64,000 nucleotides of DNA from NCBI RefSeq assembly GCF_009914755.1, contig NC_060933.1; one strand, written 5' to 3'. The notes under the pieces were generated by a model. It saw nothing but the letters and a program-made list of their open reading frames with translations. It had not been told where the DNA came from and searched no databases. Each line of letters begins with the position of its first letter. Positions within the stretch are counted from its first letter, which is position 1. A program made the translations under genes and the position numbers. This DNA comes from the human T2T-CHM13v2.0 reference genome, Homo sapiens. Positions 30,889-45,526 of this stretch are shown piece by piece.

Positions 30889-32454
30889 ACCATGTTATTT
30901 TTATGGAAACTTCCTTTGCAAGAAGTATCATCTTTCTTAATACCAGTCAATTTGCCTAAAAAAGAATGAAGGGAAAAAAGGAAGAAAGAAAGACCCAAAC
31001 TCCACCAGTTTCAAAAGACAAGGCAGACTTAAAAGTGTCAAGATCTGGGAGTTTCAAAATGTATAACAATAGCTGCCATTTATTGAATGCCTGCAACACC
31101 CCAGAGCCTGTGCTAGGTGCTTTATCCTTACTAGTTAATTTAATTCTCACAACACCCTTCAAGGTCAGTATTATCTGTGTGTTAAGATGAGAAAACTGAG
31201 AGGTTACATTAGTTGTCCAAGGTCATAAAGCTAACAAGAGCTGGCATTCAAGCTACCTCTGGCTCCACGGCCCAGATCCTTTCCAGAACATCCCCCTCTG
31301 ATTCAAAGAACAGGCTGACACAGTGTTGCAGTACACAGTACATAGTAACAAAACATGAATAAAGCCTTGTTTTTAAGAAAATCTAGATCATCCCTCCCTC
31401 TCCCTATCCTACACCGAAGATAGGAGAGGAACCTTCCAAGACTTTCCCCTGCGTCTGGGGACTGTCCATGCACTGTTTCCAGAATTTAGGGAATGTGTTA
31501 GCTGGAGGGGGTCCAGGCTAGTCTAGTGCCTCCCCAACATCCCCCAGTTACTTTCATTTAGATTTACTCTGCTTATGCCTGTACTCTACAAGGGGCTTCT
31601 GTTTAGTAGGATTTGAGTTGAATATAGAATCCTACCAAAGTTGGAAAAACACTGATATAGTCCAATTCTATGTTTTGTAGGTGAAGATCTCTCAGACCCA
31701 GAGCAGGCTTGACCAAAATAACCTAGAAAGGTAGGACAGGCCCTTTGCTCTTTAAAATTTAAATTTCTGGATCACTACAGCAAAACTATTGGAGTGAGAA
31801 AGACAATCACCATGGGAAATATGCTCCAAAAGCTGTTTTCACCTGTTGACAGAACAGAGGAGGGTAGCAGAACCCTCCCAGATTTAAATTCTGACTCAAT
31901 CACCAACACCAGCTATCTGGATGATCTTGAGCAGGTTACTTAACCATGTAGAGTCTCTTTGTCTGCAAAAAAGACACATGATACTTGCTTGTTGGAGTTT
32001 TTGTGTTAGTATATTAAAAATACATAGCATCTAATAGGTGTTCCTTTCCATCCTTAGAGCCTTCCCATAGGCTGTTCTCTCTGCCTGGAAGCTCTATCAT
32101 CCCTCTCCCCTTCAATAGCTGACTTGGACTTATTATTTAGTTTCTTTCACTAGATTTCTTGGATTTGAATCCAAGCTCTTACTAGTTGAGTGACCAGGGG
32201 AACATTTGGCCTTGGTTTTCTCATTTATAAAGTGGGGATATTAATATATAATTCATAGGGTTATTAAAATGAGATAAACCGCTTAGAACAGTGCCTAACA
32301 AATATTAGGTCTCAATAAAATTTGGCAAGGACGATTTGTGGGATCCATAATTCCAGAGGGCTCTGTTTCCTCCTTCGGTAAGCTATTCACATTGCCTGGA
32401 AGCTCATGACATTTACTCTTTATTCTAGGAGTTCAGAAATTTCACCAGGATATA

Positions 32455-32825
32455 TTTTTAAATATCCATTCTGCCAATCTTTGTCTTTTAATTGGTGTAT
32501 TTAGATTATTTACATTTAATATAATTACTAAAATGTTAGCACTTAACTCTGCTATGTTGTTATTTCTTTTCTTTCTGCACAGGGGAAAGTCTTGGAAGCT
32601 TTCTCTCCCATCTGTTTGTTCCCCATTTCTCACTCCTCTTTTTTCTTTTTCCTGCCTCCCTGTGGAGTACTTGGGCTTTTTAAAGAATTCTACTTTGATT
32701 TATCTAAAGTATTTTTGAGTGTATCTCTCTGTATAGTTTTTAAAGTTGTTGCTCAAGTATTAAATCATACATAAATAACTTATTACAGTCTACTGCTCCT
32801 GACATTTTACCCTTTTCAGTGAAAT
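32455..32825 (-). mobile_element. Old L1M fragment (ORF2 start/inter-ORF region)
   Basis: Minus-strand translation IILNVNNLNTPIKRQRLAEWI resembles the L1 ORF2 endonuclease N-terminus (TLNVNGLNSPIKRHRLAEWI). Confidence 0.75.
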
Positions 32826-35800
32826 GCCCAGGACTGGAAGTTCTAGGTGTGTGTTTTAAAATTAATACAGTGTAGAAATTAGAGTCTTTTTTACCTGATA
32901 ACTCAAGTCCATACATTTAATGTATAGGTAATTCAAGTGCATACATTTTATCTGATAATTCAAGACTATGGGCTTAGTCTTTTTTTCTATTATATTTTGG
33001 TTATTGCTTTGCTCCTTTGTTATTTTTTTCCTCCATTTGGTACTATTATTTGCATATCTTCTAGATATTTCATCAATGTTTTAAAACCCTCTGACTCATA
33101 ATTTCTATTTCTTTTTAATTTTGGTTTGGTACTGTGGGGTAGTTCTCCTTTTTCATCTTTCAGATCATTAAATCAGTTTTCAGTGGTGTTCATTACATTT
33201 TTCATTTCCACAATTGCAAATTTAAAAAATTGTGTATTTAACTTTCAAAAACAATTTTTCCTCATTTTGATCATTTCTTTCTAGTCTCTGCTTGAATCTC
33301 CTTACATTTTTGATTTTAAAAAGTTAGTTTTTCTTCTATTAAATTGATCTCAATGTGATTCCTCTCTTTTAGTTATTTGTCTTGGTTGTGCTCCTTCAAG
33401 CTATTGACTCCCTTTAAATAATCTCTGATCTGCTTTGGCTACTTATATCCACAAGTGGGTAAGTTGGGCTTTTGTGGCCTCTTGGGTACAATAGTTCAGC
33501 GATCATGAAAGGAAAGAATGATGCTTCTCCAGTGGCCTGGTGGTGAACAAAGCTACCTGGCTGGGTCCACCAGGCTGAGGTGAGGTGGAAGAAGCTTTTA
33601 GGATCTTTGGACACTCCCAGAATTAATAGGGTGGGGTTGCGCTGCTGTGTGCCATTGTGTAGTTTGCTTATTGCAAGGGCATCTGGTGGAGAGGATTAAT
33701 AGGAGCCAACATCCACTTGCTGAGCTGTGTACCCTAGCGTGGAGCTACATTGGCCCAAAGGAAGGAAGCATATTTTCTCATTTTCACAAAGGTATCTGAG
33801 AGGGGAAGCTTTTTTCTAACCCACATAAAGATGCTGTGTGGGCTAGGTGTGACCCTGAAGGGATAGTTTGGTCCACCTGTGACATTCGGTTCTACAGAGG
33901 CAGGTCTTGACAGAGTCAGGGGTCTTCCCACAGAGCTATTTGCAGGAAGTGGGCAGGGACAGTTCTTCCTCTCCTGTTGAGAGGTCCTGCTTAGTTGGGG
34001 TAGCTGGGCCCCTCAGGTAGCCCAGGATTGAAAGCCTTCACTGCAGACTCACTAGCGAGGCTGACTAGTTCTCAGGCTCCTGGGCCTTTGTCCTTCTTGC
34101 AATGGTGGACGGTGTGGCAGCAACACCGCCCTTTGCCAATCCTGCACTGCGATTGTCTGTGTGGGATTGGGCTCCAGCTATAGGCAACAGTGTCCTATGC
34201 CCCATTCACTGTATGGCTCACAATTTGGGTCCCCTCAGCAGGGAGCTGGGTAAGAGAAGGGCTTGGAAGGTGGCCCCCCATCTTCAGAGAAGCCCCCTGG
34301 GTAGGCACGCTAAGGTGATTTAGGAAGTTTCTCTATAACACAGTTCTAATACAGCCATCTTTCCTCCCCAACAATAGAGCTCAGTTTCCCAAATAAACCT
34401 GAATCTGAATCCCATTTACCAGCTCTGTGACCTCATACCAGTCGCTTGAATTCTCTGAGCTTGCCTCAGTTTCATCTGTGAAGTGGGGATTGTCATGTGT
34501 GTCCTGCCTAACTCAAGCAGCTGTTGAGAGAATAAGATGAGATGATTGCTCTGTTTGGTGTTTTACAAACTGAAAAGTCTATGCAAAAGTAAAGAGATGA
34601 AGAAAATAGTGCTAGAGAGGGTGGCATCTGCCCCCGGGGGCTGTGGGGAGCACGGTGGTAGTGGGGAGTTGCAGTCACCCAGCAGATGCAAAGCAGAATG
34701 AAGCCTATGGGAAGTGGCCAGATGTAGTTGTCAAGACCAGGGTAGGGCCACACTTGATGCTGGCCACAACCTCAAGACATGCCTTCTTCTGGGGAGCTGA
34801 TCTCCCAGGAGCTGAGCCAGCAGAAAAAAAAAAAAAAGAGAGAGAGAGAATTTTACAAAAGAGATAAAAAGGCAGGAGTAATAGATGCTGAACCCAGTCC
34901 TATCTTTTCAAAGCTGCCTCTCAAAACACTGAAAGATTTATCACTTAAGGAATGAGATAAAAATTCATCTGACAAGAGACATAAAGAGCTTGAATATTTT
35001 TTAAAACTTGTGATAATCATTCCCAATTCTATACAAATATCTTATTGCCTTCCTCTGTTTCTAACTGAGTCATTATGTCCATTACATTAGCAATAGATTC
35101 GAATACCAGTTTTATCAAGGAGCAGAGAATGCGATTAGGAACAGGAAAAGAAATATAAGCAGACAAGGCTTAGATGAGAGCTAAGGAATAAATCCAGATA
35201 TCAGACATGTTTTCCATCCTCCTGCCCTACCACTAAAAAAAAAGGTAAAAATAGATCATCTTTGAGAGAACGACTATGATAAACAGTCAAGCAAGGTCTG
35301 GAGGGTGTTGGGAGACTGATCTCTCTTCACCAGTACACAGATAATGAACTTTCTAGCTCAACTCCCTATTCTTAGTATTATACAGTGAATTGGACAATTC
35401 ATTTTTAAGAAGTGAGCAGTGAATGTCTGCTTCTGTGTCCTAGAATCTTGGGAGTAAGAACATATTGTTTTTCTGTCAAATTTTCTCTCTGTAAAGCAAC
35501 AATCTAATTGTCCCTAAGAGGTAATATAATCCTCATGATAATCACCCAATTTCTTTTGCCAACAGCAGTACTTCTCTTTGTGACTATAACACTTTAGCTT
35601 CCTTAATCTCAAAGAATCATTTGGTTTAGGGCTCAGGGAACATTGGTTGTCATCAGGTATCATTGCCTCTTCTTATAGAGGAGTAAAGTGTAGCTCAGAG
35701 AGGTGAGGCGATTTTCCCATAGCCACATAGCAAGAGAGGGACAGAATTAGGGTCTAGAACGCTAGGGCACTGCTTTTCTACAAGTAGCTCAGCAGAAGTG

Positions 35801-36950
35801 CTGGCATAGATATCAGAGAGGGCTATTTTTAATAACCCTCTCGCAGTACTCCAGTAGTCCCTGAGTCTTGGCTCACTGAAGCCTTGATGTAACTGTCTCA
35901 TTATATTTCTGCATAAGACCTTGAATATTAAGAACATACAGTTTATGTGGTGTAATAACACTCTCTTAACCAAACCGTTTCATCCCCTATCCAATGTGGA
36001 TTCACTTCAGAAGGCTTAAGTCTGTAGTAGGCACTCAACAATGTTGACTGAATGAATGAATAACCACTTAGAGGCCCATTAAGGAATCATGTCGTTTTAG
36101 ATCTGAAAGAGACCTGGAAGGTCATTCTGGTCCCATTCCTCCATTCTGCTGAGACTTGAAGAGTGAGGGGACTTGGTGGCAGAGCACTCCTAGAGCTCCT
36201 TTCCCCTCTGCTTTCCATACAGTGTTCTTTCTTTCACCCATACTACTTCTCATTAATTTGATCTGCAGGCATTAAAATTGCCAATTTACTTGTGTTCAGG
36301 TAAACAAAATAAATATTTCTAACATCGAAAACACTTAAAAACATTTAAAAACACTACTCCATAGAAAATGACAGGGTCGAGGTTTTTTTAACCATAAGGA
36401 ATTTGATCATTCTGAAGAAGAACAGAAACTTGTCCTAAATCACTGCAGACAGTAAAGCTGAAATTTGAAGCAGTAAATGATTCTATTTTGGGAACAATAG
36501 ATATGAGGTCAGGAAGAGTTAGGCATTCTAAGAAGGAAATTGTATAGAAAAGCACTATTAAGTCAGCTCTCAGAAGTATTTGAGTGCAAAGGAGATTGAT
36601 ACAGGTAAGGGGAAGGTATGGGCACTTAGCAGATGACAAATGGCATACTCATTGCCATAGAGAAAGCAAACTTTTAGCTGAAATGGTACTTATGGGAAAT
36701 AAATTTGAATCTCAGATGTTTGAGTCAGGAAGTCTCATTAGGATGCAACACAGCTTGTCCTTATGGGCTATTACATGGTGTCACTAAAAAAAGGAGAGAC
36801 TCAGAGAGGGACAAGGCACAACCACATAGCAATATGAGAAATTTCATTCTTGCTATATCTTGTTCTATATTAATATTAGATCATTTGATGCTATCCTCTC
36901 ACCAAAAATGACTCTTCAGAGTGACAAAAACAGAGATTGAAAGTAATCTA

Positions 36951-37248
36951 GGCCAGGCACGGTGGCTCATACCTGTAATCCCAGCACTTTGGGAGGTCGA
37001 GACGGGCGGATCACAAGGTCAGGAGATCAAGACCATCCTGGCTAACACAGTGAAACCCCGTCTCTACTAAAAATACAAAAAAAAATTAACCGGGCGTGGT
37101 GGCGGGCACCTGTAGTCCCAGCTACTCCGGAGGCTCAGGCAGGAGAATGGCGTGAACCCAGGAGGAGGAGCTTGCAGTGAGCCGAGATCGCGCCACTGCA
37201 CTCCAGCCTGGGCGAAGAGCGAGACTCCGTTTCAAAAAAAAAAAAAAA
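36951..37248 (+). mobile_element. AluY
   Basis: Y diagnostics ACCATCCTGGCTAACA, GAGAATGGCGTGAACCC, GGAGCTTGCAGTGAG. TSD AAAGTAATCTA at 36940-36950 and 37249-37259. Confidence 0.95.
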
Positions 37249-38109
37249 AAAGTAATCTATATCCAAATGACAGCTGTTAGGGTAAAACTTGAGAAACATA
37301 TATACTTTATTTGTTGATTTATTCATTCATTCAATAAATATTTATGGGATTATAGGAAGGCAAAAATAAATAAGACATTGTATTTCTCAAGAAGGTCTCA
37401 AGAAGACAGACGTGTAAACAAATCATTGTAATGGGTGTGCTGCGTGCTTTATTTGCTGTATGCTGTGCATAAGTACAGCAGAGGCTCAAAGCAAGGACTG
37501 GGAAGAGTTCATGGAGGACAAGATATTTTTGACCAGGATTTAAAGGAAGAAGAAGTTTGTCCAATAGGTTGGGTTAAAGGTTAGAAAAACAAGGAAGCAA
37601 TAATAGCTTATGTAAAGTATTTAGCAGTATAGGATTTAGAATTTCATATGAATCCCAGTGCAGCTATTTTAAAGCTGTGGAATCTTGGGTAAGCGACTTT
37701 ACTTCTTGGAGCCTCAGTTTCCTTCTCTCTGTAAAATAAGTAGGGTAATCCTCACCGCATATAATGATTAGAAGCATTCCTAATAGTGCTGTCTAGCAAG
37801 TAATGAATGCTGTTTCGTCTCCAGGAACTCTTATTTTTTAGAACACTCCTAGGTGGTAGGTATTCTTATTATGCTCCCTTTGCAAAGGAAAAAAAACCAA
37901 GAACTGAGAGGTTATGGAACTTTTCCAAAATTACATAGGTTAAAAAGCAGCATTGGGATTTGAACCTAGGCAGTTTGGCTCAAGACTACATTTTTTTTTA
38001 ACACTATGTTATGTGTCTCTTATTACATAAGGTACCCTAAGAACATAAGGTGTTTGGTGTGCAGGTGTGGGGTGAGGTAGAGATGGCGCCACAGGGGTAA
38101 TAGGATCAC

Positions 38110-38720
38110 TGTGGATTCACGTGATGCTAAGGAGTTAAGACTTTGCTGCACGATCAAGAAGGAACAATGGAGGTGTCTTCAGCAGGAGAGTCACTGGTCA
38201 GGTCTGTGGTTGAAAAAGATCACTGGCAGTATGTGAAGGATGAAAATAGGAAAGACTGGAGGCGGTTACTACAGCCTTGGCAAGAAATGGTGAGGCTCCA
38301 ACGAAAGCAAGGGCGGCAGGATGAGGGGGAGGAGACATGTGTAAGAGAAGTTAAGGAGACAGAGTTGATTGGACTTAGTGGCCAGTAGAGTATGAAGGCC
38401 AGGAAGAAGGAAGAGTCTAGACTGTCCCTTTGGTTTCTAGTTTAGGTGCCCAGAGGAAGGAAGTGCCACTACCAGTTGAGATAGGGAAGCAATGCAAAAG
38501 GGGTAATTTGGGGGTAAGATGTGGGTTTGGTTTTGGCTGTGTTGAGAGTGGGGCACCTGAGGGACATTTAGGCGATGTCCAGCAGGCAGTTGTGTCTCTG
38601 GGTTTGGAAGACAGAAGGTTTGGCTGAAACCATGCAGCTGATAGAATTGCCTGGTGAGAGTGAAGGGAGAAAGGCCAAGGAGGGACATGAGGGCAATGGT
38701 AAAGGAGGCTGAGGGGCAAG
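38110..38720 (-). mobile_element. L2 fragment
   Basis: Purine-rich antisense L2 motifs (GCTAAGGAGTTAAGACTTT, TTTGGTTTTGGCTGTGTTGAG, GATGTCCAGCAGGCAGTTG). Confidence 0.7.
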
Positions 38721-40419
38721 AGGGACCAGAATGAGAATCTGAGGAGAGCGGGGTTAGGGGCTGGGTCCGGCACCTAGAGAGGCTGACACTGACGCAGGTA
38801 GCTAGGAAATGGAGGGGGACAGGGCAAAATTCCATGGGGAACATTTGTACTCACCGGACAAGAGAATAGTTCTTATCTTACTTTCTGACAAGTGCTATGC
38901 TTTTTGGTGTTTAACTGCCTTGGAGAGAGTAATTTGATGATTAATCTTTATCTACAAAATAATTTTTAAAATTAAACTTTATTTTGAGAAAATTGTAGAT
39001 TCACATGCAATTGTTAAGAAATAATTCAGAGAGCCAGAATACTTGATTTTTAAAAAGCTTTCATTATTTCCACTATGGCTTCAGAATCTTCCACCCTTAT
39101 GGTGCTTCTGTCTCCTGGGGCAGAACTTTGTATACTACAAAGACGGGTGAGGAAAGCAAAAGGCTCACTCAGCCCGTGGATCTGGGTGGCAGAGGGCTGG
39201 GGCACTGACAGAAAAGGGAGCTTTGGGTGCAATTACGTAGGAGGTCTTTCAGCGATGGAGCCACTCAGGAGTTTCTGGATGGACTCCTGGATTTGGAAAT
39301 GAAGGTCACAAAGGAGGAGCACCTGCCTTCATCCAGACGATGTTGGCTCCAAAGTGCTGCTAGTCTTCCCCCACCGCCCTTGGATGAAGGATGCACTTGT
39401 TAACATCTGCCTGTGCACCATCCCCAGAATGATCTAACATCCCAGTCTGATGGTGCCTCAACCCTACTCAGAACTCCTCCCATGAACCTGCCAGTGCACT
39501 GGGAACACGGTGCAAACTCCTTGACCAGGAATTGGCCCCTGCTGACTCCCCTGCTTTATGTCTCAACTCCTGCCACTCCCTCTGTGGGATCTCTCTCATC
39601 TTGGGGTCTTTGTTCCTGTGGTCTCAACCTGAAAGGCTCTCTCCACACTCCTCCCTTTCACTGGCCAATTCCACTGGCCTTTCAGGTTTCCATTTAGAGC
39701 ATGCCCTCTCCAGGAGGCCTTCACTCAGTCAGTGCAGGCCTGAGTGGTGCCCTTGGCCCCGTGGGATTGGGTTATTGTTACAGGAACTGGACTGTATTTT
39801 AATAGTCCTAGACTGTACATTCCATGAGGACAGGGACTGCTTTATTAAAGGTGTATTGTATCTCCAGTGTCTAATGCAGGATATGGACCTCGTAGGTGTT
39901 CAGTAGAGTTCAGCACGGAAAATAGTGCACAGACACATGCATTTGGGTATCATGCTCAGAGAGGCGGTAGGACCAGAACCAGGGGTGTGGGTGAGACGGC
40001 TCAGGGGGTCAGAAAAGGGCTGAGTGCAGAGTCCCAGGGCGCTCCGGCATTTTAGAGCTTCTGGTTTGAGGAACCCTCAAGGAGACCGAGGGAGTGGCTG
40101 GAGAGGGCCGAGGAAAGCTAGGAGAACACAGTTTCCCAGCGCGGAAGGAGTTTACAGAGACAGGGGAGGTGGTCCACAGTGCCTACCGTGGGCCCACGCT
40201 CTCCCTCTCCCTTCAGCCGAACACCTGCGGGGCGTGGGGGTCAGGGGGCGAGTCCCCCAGGGCTCCCCGTAGCTGGGGCTCTTCCTGGGGAAAAGGAGGC
40301 GTGAGAAGGGGGTCGTTTTGGGAACTCTTCTGGGTTCCAGTTCTGGCCCAACCACCGCTGGTCCGGGTGACCTTGGGGAGTCCCTTTCCTCTCCCAGCCT
40401 CAGTCTCCCCCCTGGGTAC

Positions 40420-41140
40420 TCAGCGGACGCTGCGTGCCCCGGCGGTGAGCTGAGGCAGGCGGCGGAGGCAGGGCCCGGGTGGGAGCGGGACCGCCCACTG
40501 CGGCGGGCCGGGACCTCGGAGCCAGCGGAGGCGGCGCGCGGGGCTCCTCCCCCGGGGCGGGGGTCGCGGCGCCGGCAGCTGGCGGCCGCGCAGCTGCAGC
40601 CTCAGCACCTGCCGCCGCCAGACGGCGCGGGCGCGGCCCGGCCCGGCCAACCCCTCCGGCTGCAGCCTCGGCGCGGGAGGCGGAGCCCGAGCCGAGCCCG
40701 AGCAGCGCTGCTTCCCGAGCCTTGGCCGCGACCGTGCCCGCCGCTGGGCGGGGCCGCCCTTCTCCGAGAGCGTCAGCCCGCTAGGTCCTTGTCCGCGCGG
40801 GCGGCACCTCCTCTGCAGGTAAGGGAGGGGTCCTGGCACCGCAAAGTTTTGGGGAGACGGCCTGTCCCCACACCCCGGGCCTGCGCCTCGGCTTCCTCCG
40901 CGCCGCCCTCCGCCTGCACCACCAGTCCCGGGTGACCCGCGCCCGCCTCCGGTCCTCGTGTCCCCAAGCCCGGCTCGGGGGCGCGTCCGTGGGCTAGCTC
41001 AGGACCTGCCATCGTGAACTGTTTGCACAGTAGCGATGTGTGCTTAAGTTTCCGAGATCTGCATGGTGTAGTGAGTGGAAACAGCGGCAACGCGGGAGGG
41101 GGAGAGACCTGGGTTCAGGTGCGGCCGCGGCCAGCGCCAA
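40420..41140. promoter_or_regulatory. FRMPD1: CpG island promoter (probable FRMPD1 promoter)
   Basis: Abrupt, very GC- and CpG-dense segment with GC boxes (GGGCGG), followed by a strong splice donor. Gene name rests on recalled synteny with RAB1C. Confidence 0.8.
40680..40818 (+). other. FRMPD1: Probable non-coding first exon; start approximate, end at donor CAG|GTAAGG; intron 1 would run past the window end
   Basis: Consensus 5' splice site at 40816-40824 within the CpG island. No ATG in the segment. No recognisable PDZ/FERM coding exon downstream in the window. Confidence 0.65.
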
Positions 41141-43481
41141 CTTTCTGAGTGACCTCAGACCAACCCTCTCTGTCCGTCCTCGATGGCCACACCTGAACCA
41201 GAAGGGGTTCGCCAGGGACGATCAGCTGCAGTGCCAATGCCTGTGTTGTCATTTTTTGAGTAGAGGGGCATCCCTGAGTGTCTCAGCTCCAGAACTCATT
41301 GCGTGTGGAGAGGAATGAGCCACAGAAGTCAGTCTCCAGGGTCGCGTCGCTAACTTGCAGCAGCTTTGACTGAGCTTTAGTGGGGGCGTTGAGTCAGCCT
41401 CGGGAAGCAGGGGATGCCCCTAGGGTTAGGAGTCAGGACTCTGGCTTCTGGTGGCTCCTCTGCCATACACCCACTGTCTGTGTGACCTTGGGCAAGTGCC
41501 CCCTGCTTTTGCCACCTATAAAATAGGGTGAAAGTCGTGTTCACTAGTTGTTCGCTGTCTCTTTCAGCTGTAAACTCTGGAGAAGCGGAACCTCCGGATC
41601 TCTGCATTTAGTCAGTTTGGGTGGAGGCAATATTTCACCAAGAATCCATCTAGCACTTGCAAATGAACGTTTAGAAAATAAAGGAGGCATTTGCAGTTTG
41701 CTTTGGAAGTCCCAAAATAGACATGGGGAGGATTGGTGAACGCTCAGTTCGCCTTCTTCAGTGCTTTGGACCGTCATGAAATATTCAACGACATAATGAT
41801 TTGTTTTCAAAGTGGCTTATAGATCAGGAAGCGTTTCTGTTTGTGAGTCGGTTATTTTTGTAAAAACCTCAGAATGGTTGTTTGGGAAAAAAAAATAATG
41901 CACTGTTCTAGGGGTCCTGACCTAGAGGCCAGCATCTACTTGTTTCTAGTCTAAGATGATGGTTGAGATGATTTCCAATCAAGACAATTTCGGGCATCCT
42001 TTGGTCGGTGTTGAGTATGGGTACGGTTAAGGAGCCAAGTTCATCTTTTCCAGGACTGGTGCATTCTGGCACAGTCACAGCAAAACAAGCACGAGGTAGT
42101 TAACTGTGATATGCTAGAAAGTGAAATTTATTCTTTTGCCCAATATCTTGTTCCCCTTGTGCTGCAATTAGTGGCTCCCCAGTGTGTGGGTGAAACGCAT
42201 TACCACGAAAGGATTCTCACAGAAGTGATTTTATGATTTTATTTCCTTCCTCAACATCCTGGTTTTAAGTTTCTAGCATTATGAAATCAGAGAGCTGGTG
42301 AGGGTGTGCTTGGTGACCAGAGCAGAGTTGTGGTACCTAAGTTTGTCTTTCCTGAATGAGACCCCATCCTTGAAGCTAATTTGTCCAGAGCCTTTTATCT
42401 CTCTGACGCATTCAAATGCCACCAGTCTTTTCCCTCTTCATTCTCTATTGGTTCATCAAGCACTTTCTCACTACTCATTCGAGAGGACACAAACATGAAA
42501 ATTACCAACAGGCCCTACCCTCAAGGAGCTTAGGTTCTGTTGGGGAATAGAGAGGCTTGTGCCACAGGATCTTCATTGTGGGCTTTATCGCCTGGGATTC
42601 CTGTGAACACTAAGGAGGGTGAATTCCAAGTGGAGATATTGGAGAAGGCTTTACAATGGAAGGTGGAGGAAGAAGAGGATTTCAACAGGTGGTGAGGAAT
42701 AGAAAGGCTATGTGTAGGTCAAGGAGCTGGTACGAGCAAGGAACTGGTGAGAGCTGGGAGAGCATGAGACAGATGAGAGCAGTGAGCCTGGTGGAAGCAC
42801 AGAGAAGGCAGAGCACTTCAGAGACAGGGCAGCGGGAAGAGGCTCTGGAGGCTCTGAACCTGGGCTGGAATCCTCGCTGGCTGTGGAGTATTGGGCCTCC
42901 GAGCGTCACTTTTTTAATTCGTAAAACGGGAATAATAATAATTCCAAACTCACAAGATTAAATGAGATCATGTATAACAGTGTCTAATAGGATGTTTGCA
43001 TGTAATAGGTGTTGGATAAAAGTCAATTCTTTTTATCAGAGGGTTCATGGGCAAGCTGAATAAGTGTTTGAAGGCACCATTGGAGTAAATAGTGCTTTTG
43101 GTTTAAGCATGTGCATTGATTTAGAACCTCACCAGCAGCAGAGAGTTCTTGTGACAATGTGATGTGTCCTCGAGGTGCCTCCTGATTCAAGGGGCAGGGG
43201 CTTTTTGTTATTTGGAAGGTGTTCAGATCAGATACTAACATCAACAACAGGCAATGCCCTGTAAATACTGTTAGGTGGTGGGAGGTCACAGAAGGCTAAT
43301 CAGAAGGCTCAATCCCTGCCTCACACAAGCTTATCACTATGTACTCAAGGACCCAGATTGGTGGGGGAGGGGGGCAGATTTGACAGACACAGCTCTAAAT
43401 ATATCAGCTTTGTCCATATAGCTGGGAGCGGGGTACTGGCTCCCTTCTGTCTTAGATTTGCAGTGGTCAAAGAATAGGATA

Positions 43482-43693
43482 CAACCTGGGTAGCATAGTG
43501 AGACCCCATCTCTACAAAAAATTTACAAATTAGCTGGGTGTAGTGGGTGTGCACCTGTGGTCCCAGCTACTTGGGAGGCTGAGGTGCTGAGGTGGGAGGA
43601 TCACTTGAGTCTCACTCGAGACTGCGGTGAGCTATGATCAGGCCACTGCACTCCAGCCCGGTCAAAAGAGTGAGACTCCATCTCTAAAAAAAA
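43482..43693 (+). mobile_element. AluJ, 5'-truncated
   Basis: End of left arm plus right arm with A tail. Confidence 0.85.
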
Positions 43694-44921
43694 GAAGACA
43701 GAGGGTGAAGAATAACATTGCAATACCTTATGACCCTGTGTAGCACTATGTAGCATCTATGGTACTGTCCTTCATTTTTTCAATCAATGGTTGTTCATAG
43801 AACACCTGCTCTCTGCCAGAAAATTGTTCTAGGTGCCTCGAGAATACATCGGAACAAAAGGCAAGGTCTCTACCTTCCTGGAGTTTATATTCTAGTTGGA
43901 GAAAATAATGAAGAAGTCATTACATAAATAAGGTAACTACAGGTTGTGCCAAAGGCTGGGAAGAAAATAAGTGGGGAAATGTGAGAGAAAGTAGTAGGAG
44001 TGGGACTCCATTGGAGGGTGGTCAGGGCAGGCCTATCTGAGCCAGTGAGAGCCACAGGAGAGAGGGAGCCAGTCTTGCCTGGAGCTGGGTGAGGGTCAGT
44101 GCAGCAGCTCTGTATCTGTAAGAGGTAGGGTAGTTCTGTGTATGAGAATGCAGACTCTGGGGCCACACCACCTGGATTTGAATACTTGCCCCTTGGCTAA
44201 CTAAATATATTCCACTATCAGGTTATTTAATCTTCTGAACTTCAGTTTTTTCATCTGTAAACTAGGGATAATAACAGTACCTCCTTGAGAGGGTTGTTGG
44301 ATAACTGAATGAGTCGATACATGTAAAGTACTTAGAATAGTGCCAGTTATGTAGTAAGCACCAAATAAAAGTTCAATTGAGGGTGAGAGAAGGAGGAAAC
44401 TGTTCCAGGCTGAAGGAACAGCAAATGCTAAGGCCTGGAGGCCTGAAGGGGCTTGGTGCATGTACAACTAGACAGTCTGTGTGCACAGGTATTATCCTCA
44501 CAGTTATCGGGGAGACTCAAGAGCAGGCTCTCTGCCCCTTCAATACAGAATTATATATTTTAGGAATTTTGAAGAAATGACCACCCACAGCACTTTTCAC
44601 TTGCAGGATCAGGCCGAGTGGTGTGGTGAGCTGCTGCTGCTGCTGCTCCTGCTACAGCTTCGGGGACATTGCACAGTAGACCCTTCTTTAGGATCTCTTT
44701 CCCTCCCTCCTTCCCTGCCCCCGGAGGTGCTCATTGATGCATAAAGGGAAAGCAAGAGTGGAGCTGAGCCCCTGGTGCCACCAGCCCTGGTACCAAAATA
44801 CTGGCTGTGCCCGCTTGCTGCGGGGTACCCTTCAGCCATCATCCCCTCCTCCTCCCAAGCTGGAAACTACAGCAGGGGAGGCTAATTGTCTGTGCCTTCT
44901 CCCTTGTTCCCTCCTTACTGA

Positions 44922-45526
<605 letters not shown>

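Noticed and set aside
38849-38857. Strong minus-strand donor CCG|GTGAGT between the CpG island and RAB1C
   Set aside because: Such 9-mers occur by chance in 64 kb, and no convincing partner acceptor was found at the RAB1C leader.
40094-41090. Long Arg/Pro/Ala-rich ORFs (up to 205 aa)
   Set aside because: Typical CpG-island artefacts on both strands, with no recognisable domain.
44629-44653. Short (CTG)6 run after a possible splice acceptor, giving a signal-peptide-like Leu run
   Set aside because: Too short to be unstable, and no supported exon or ORF context.
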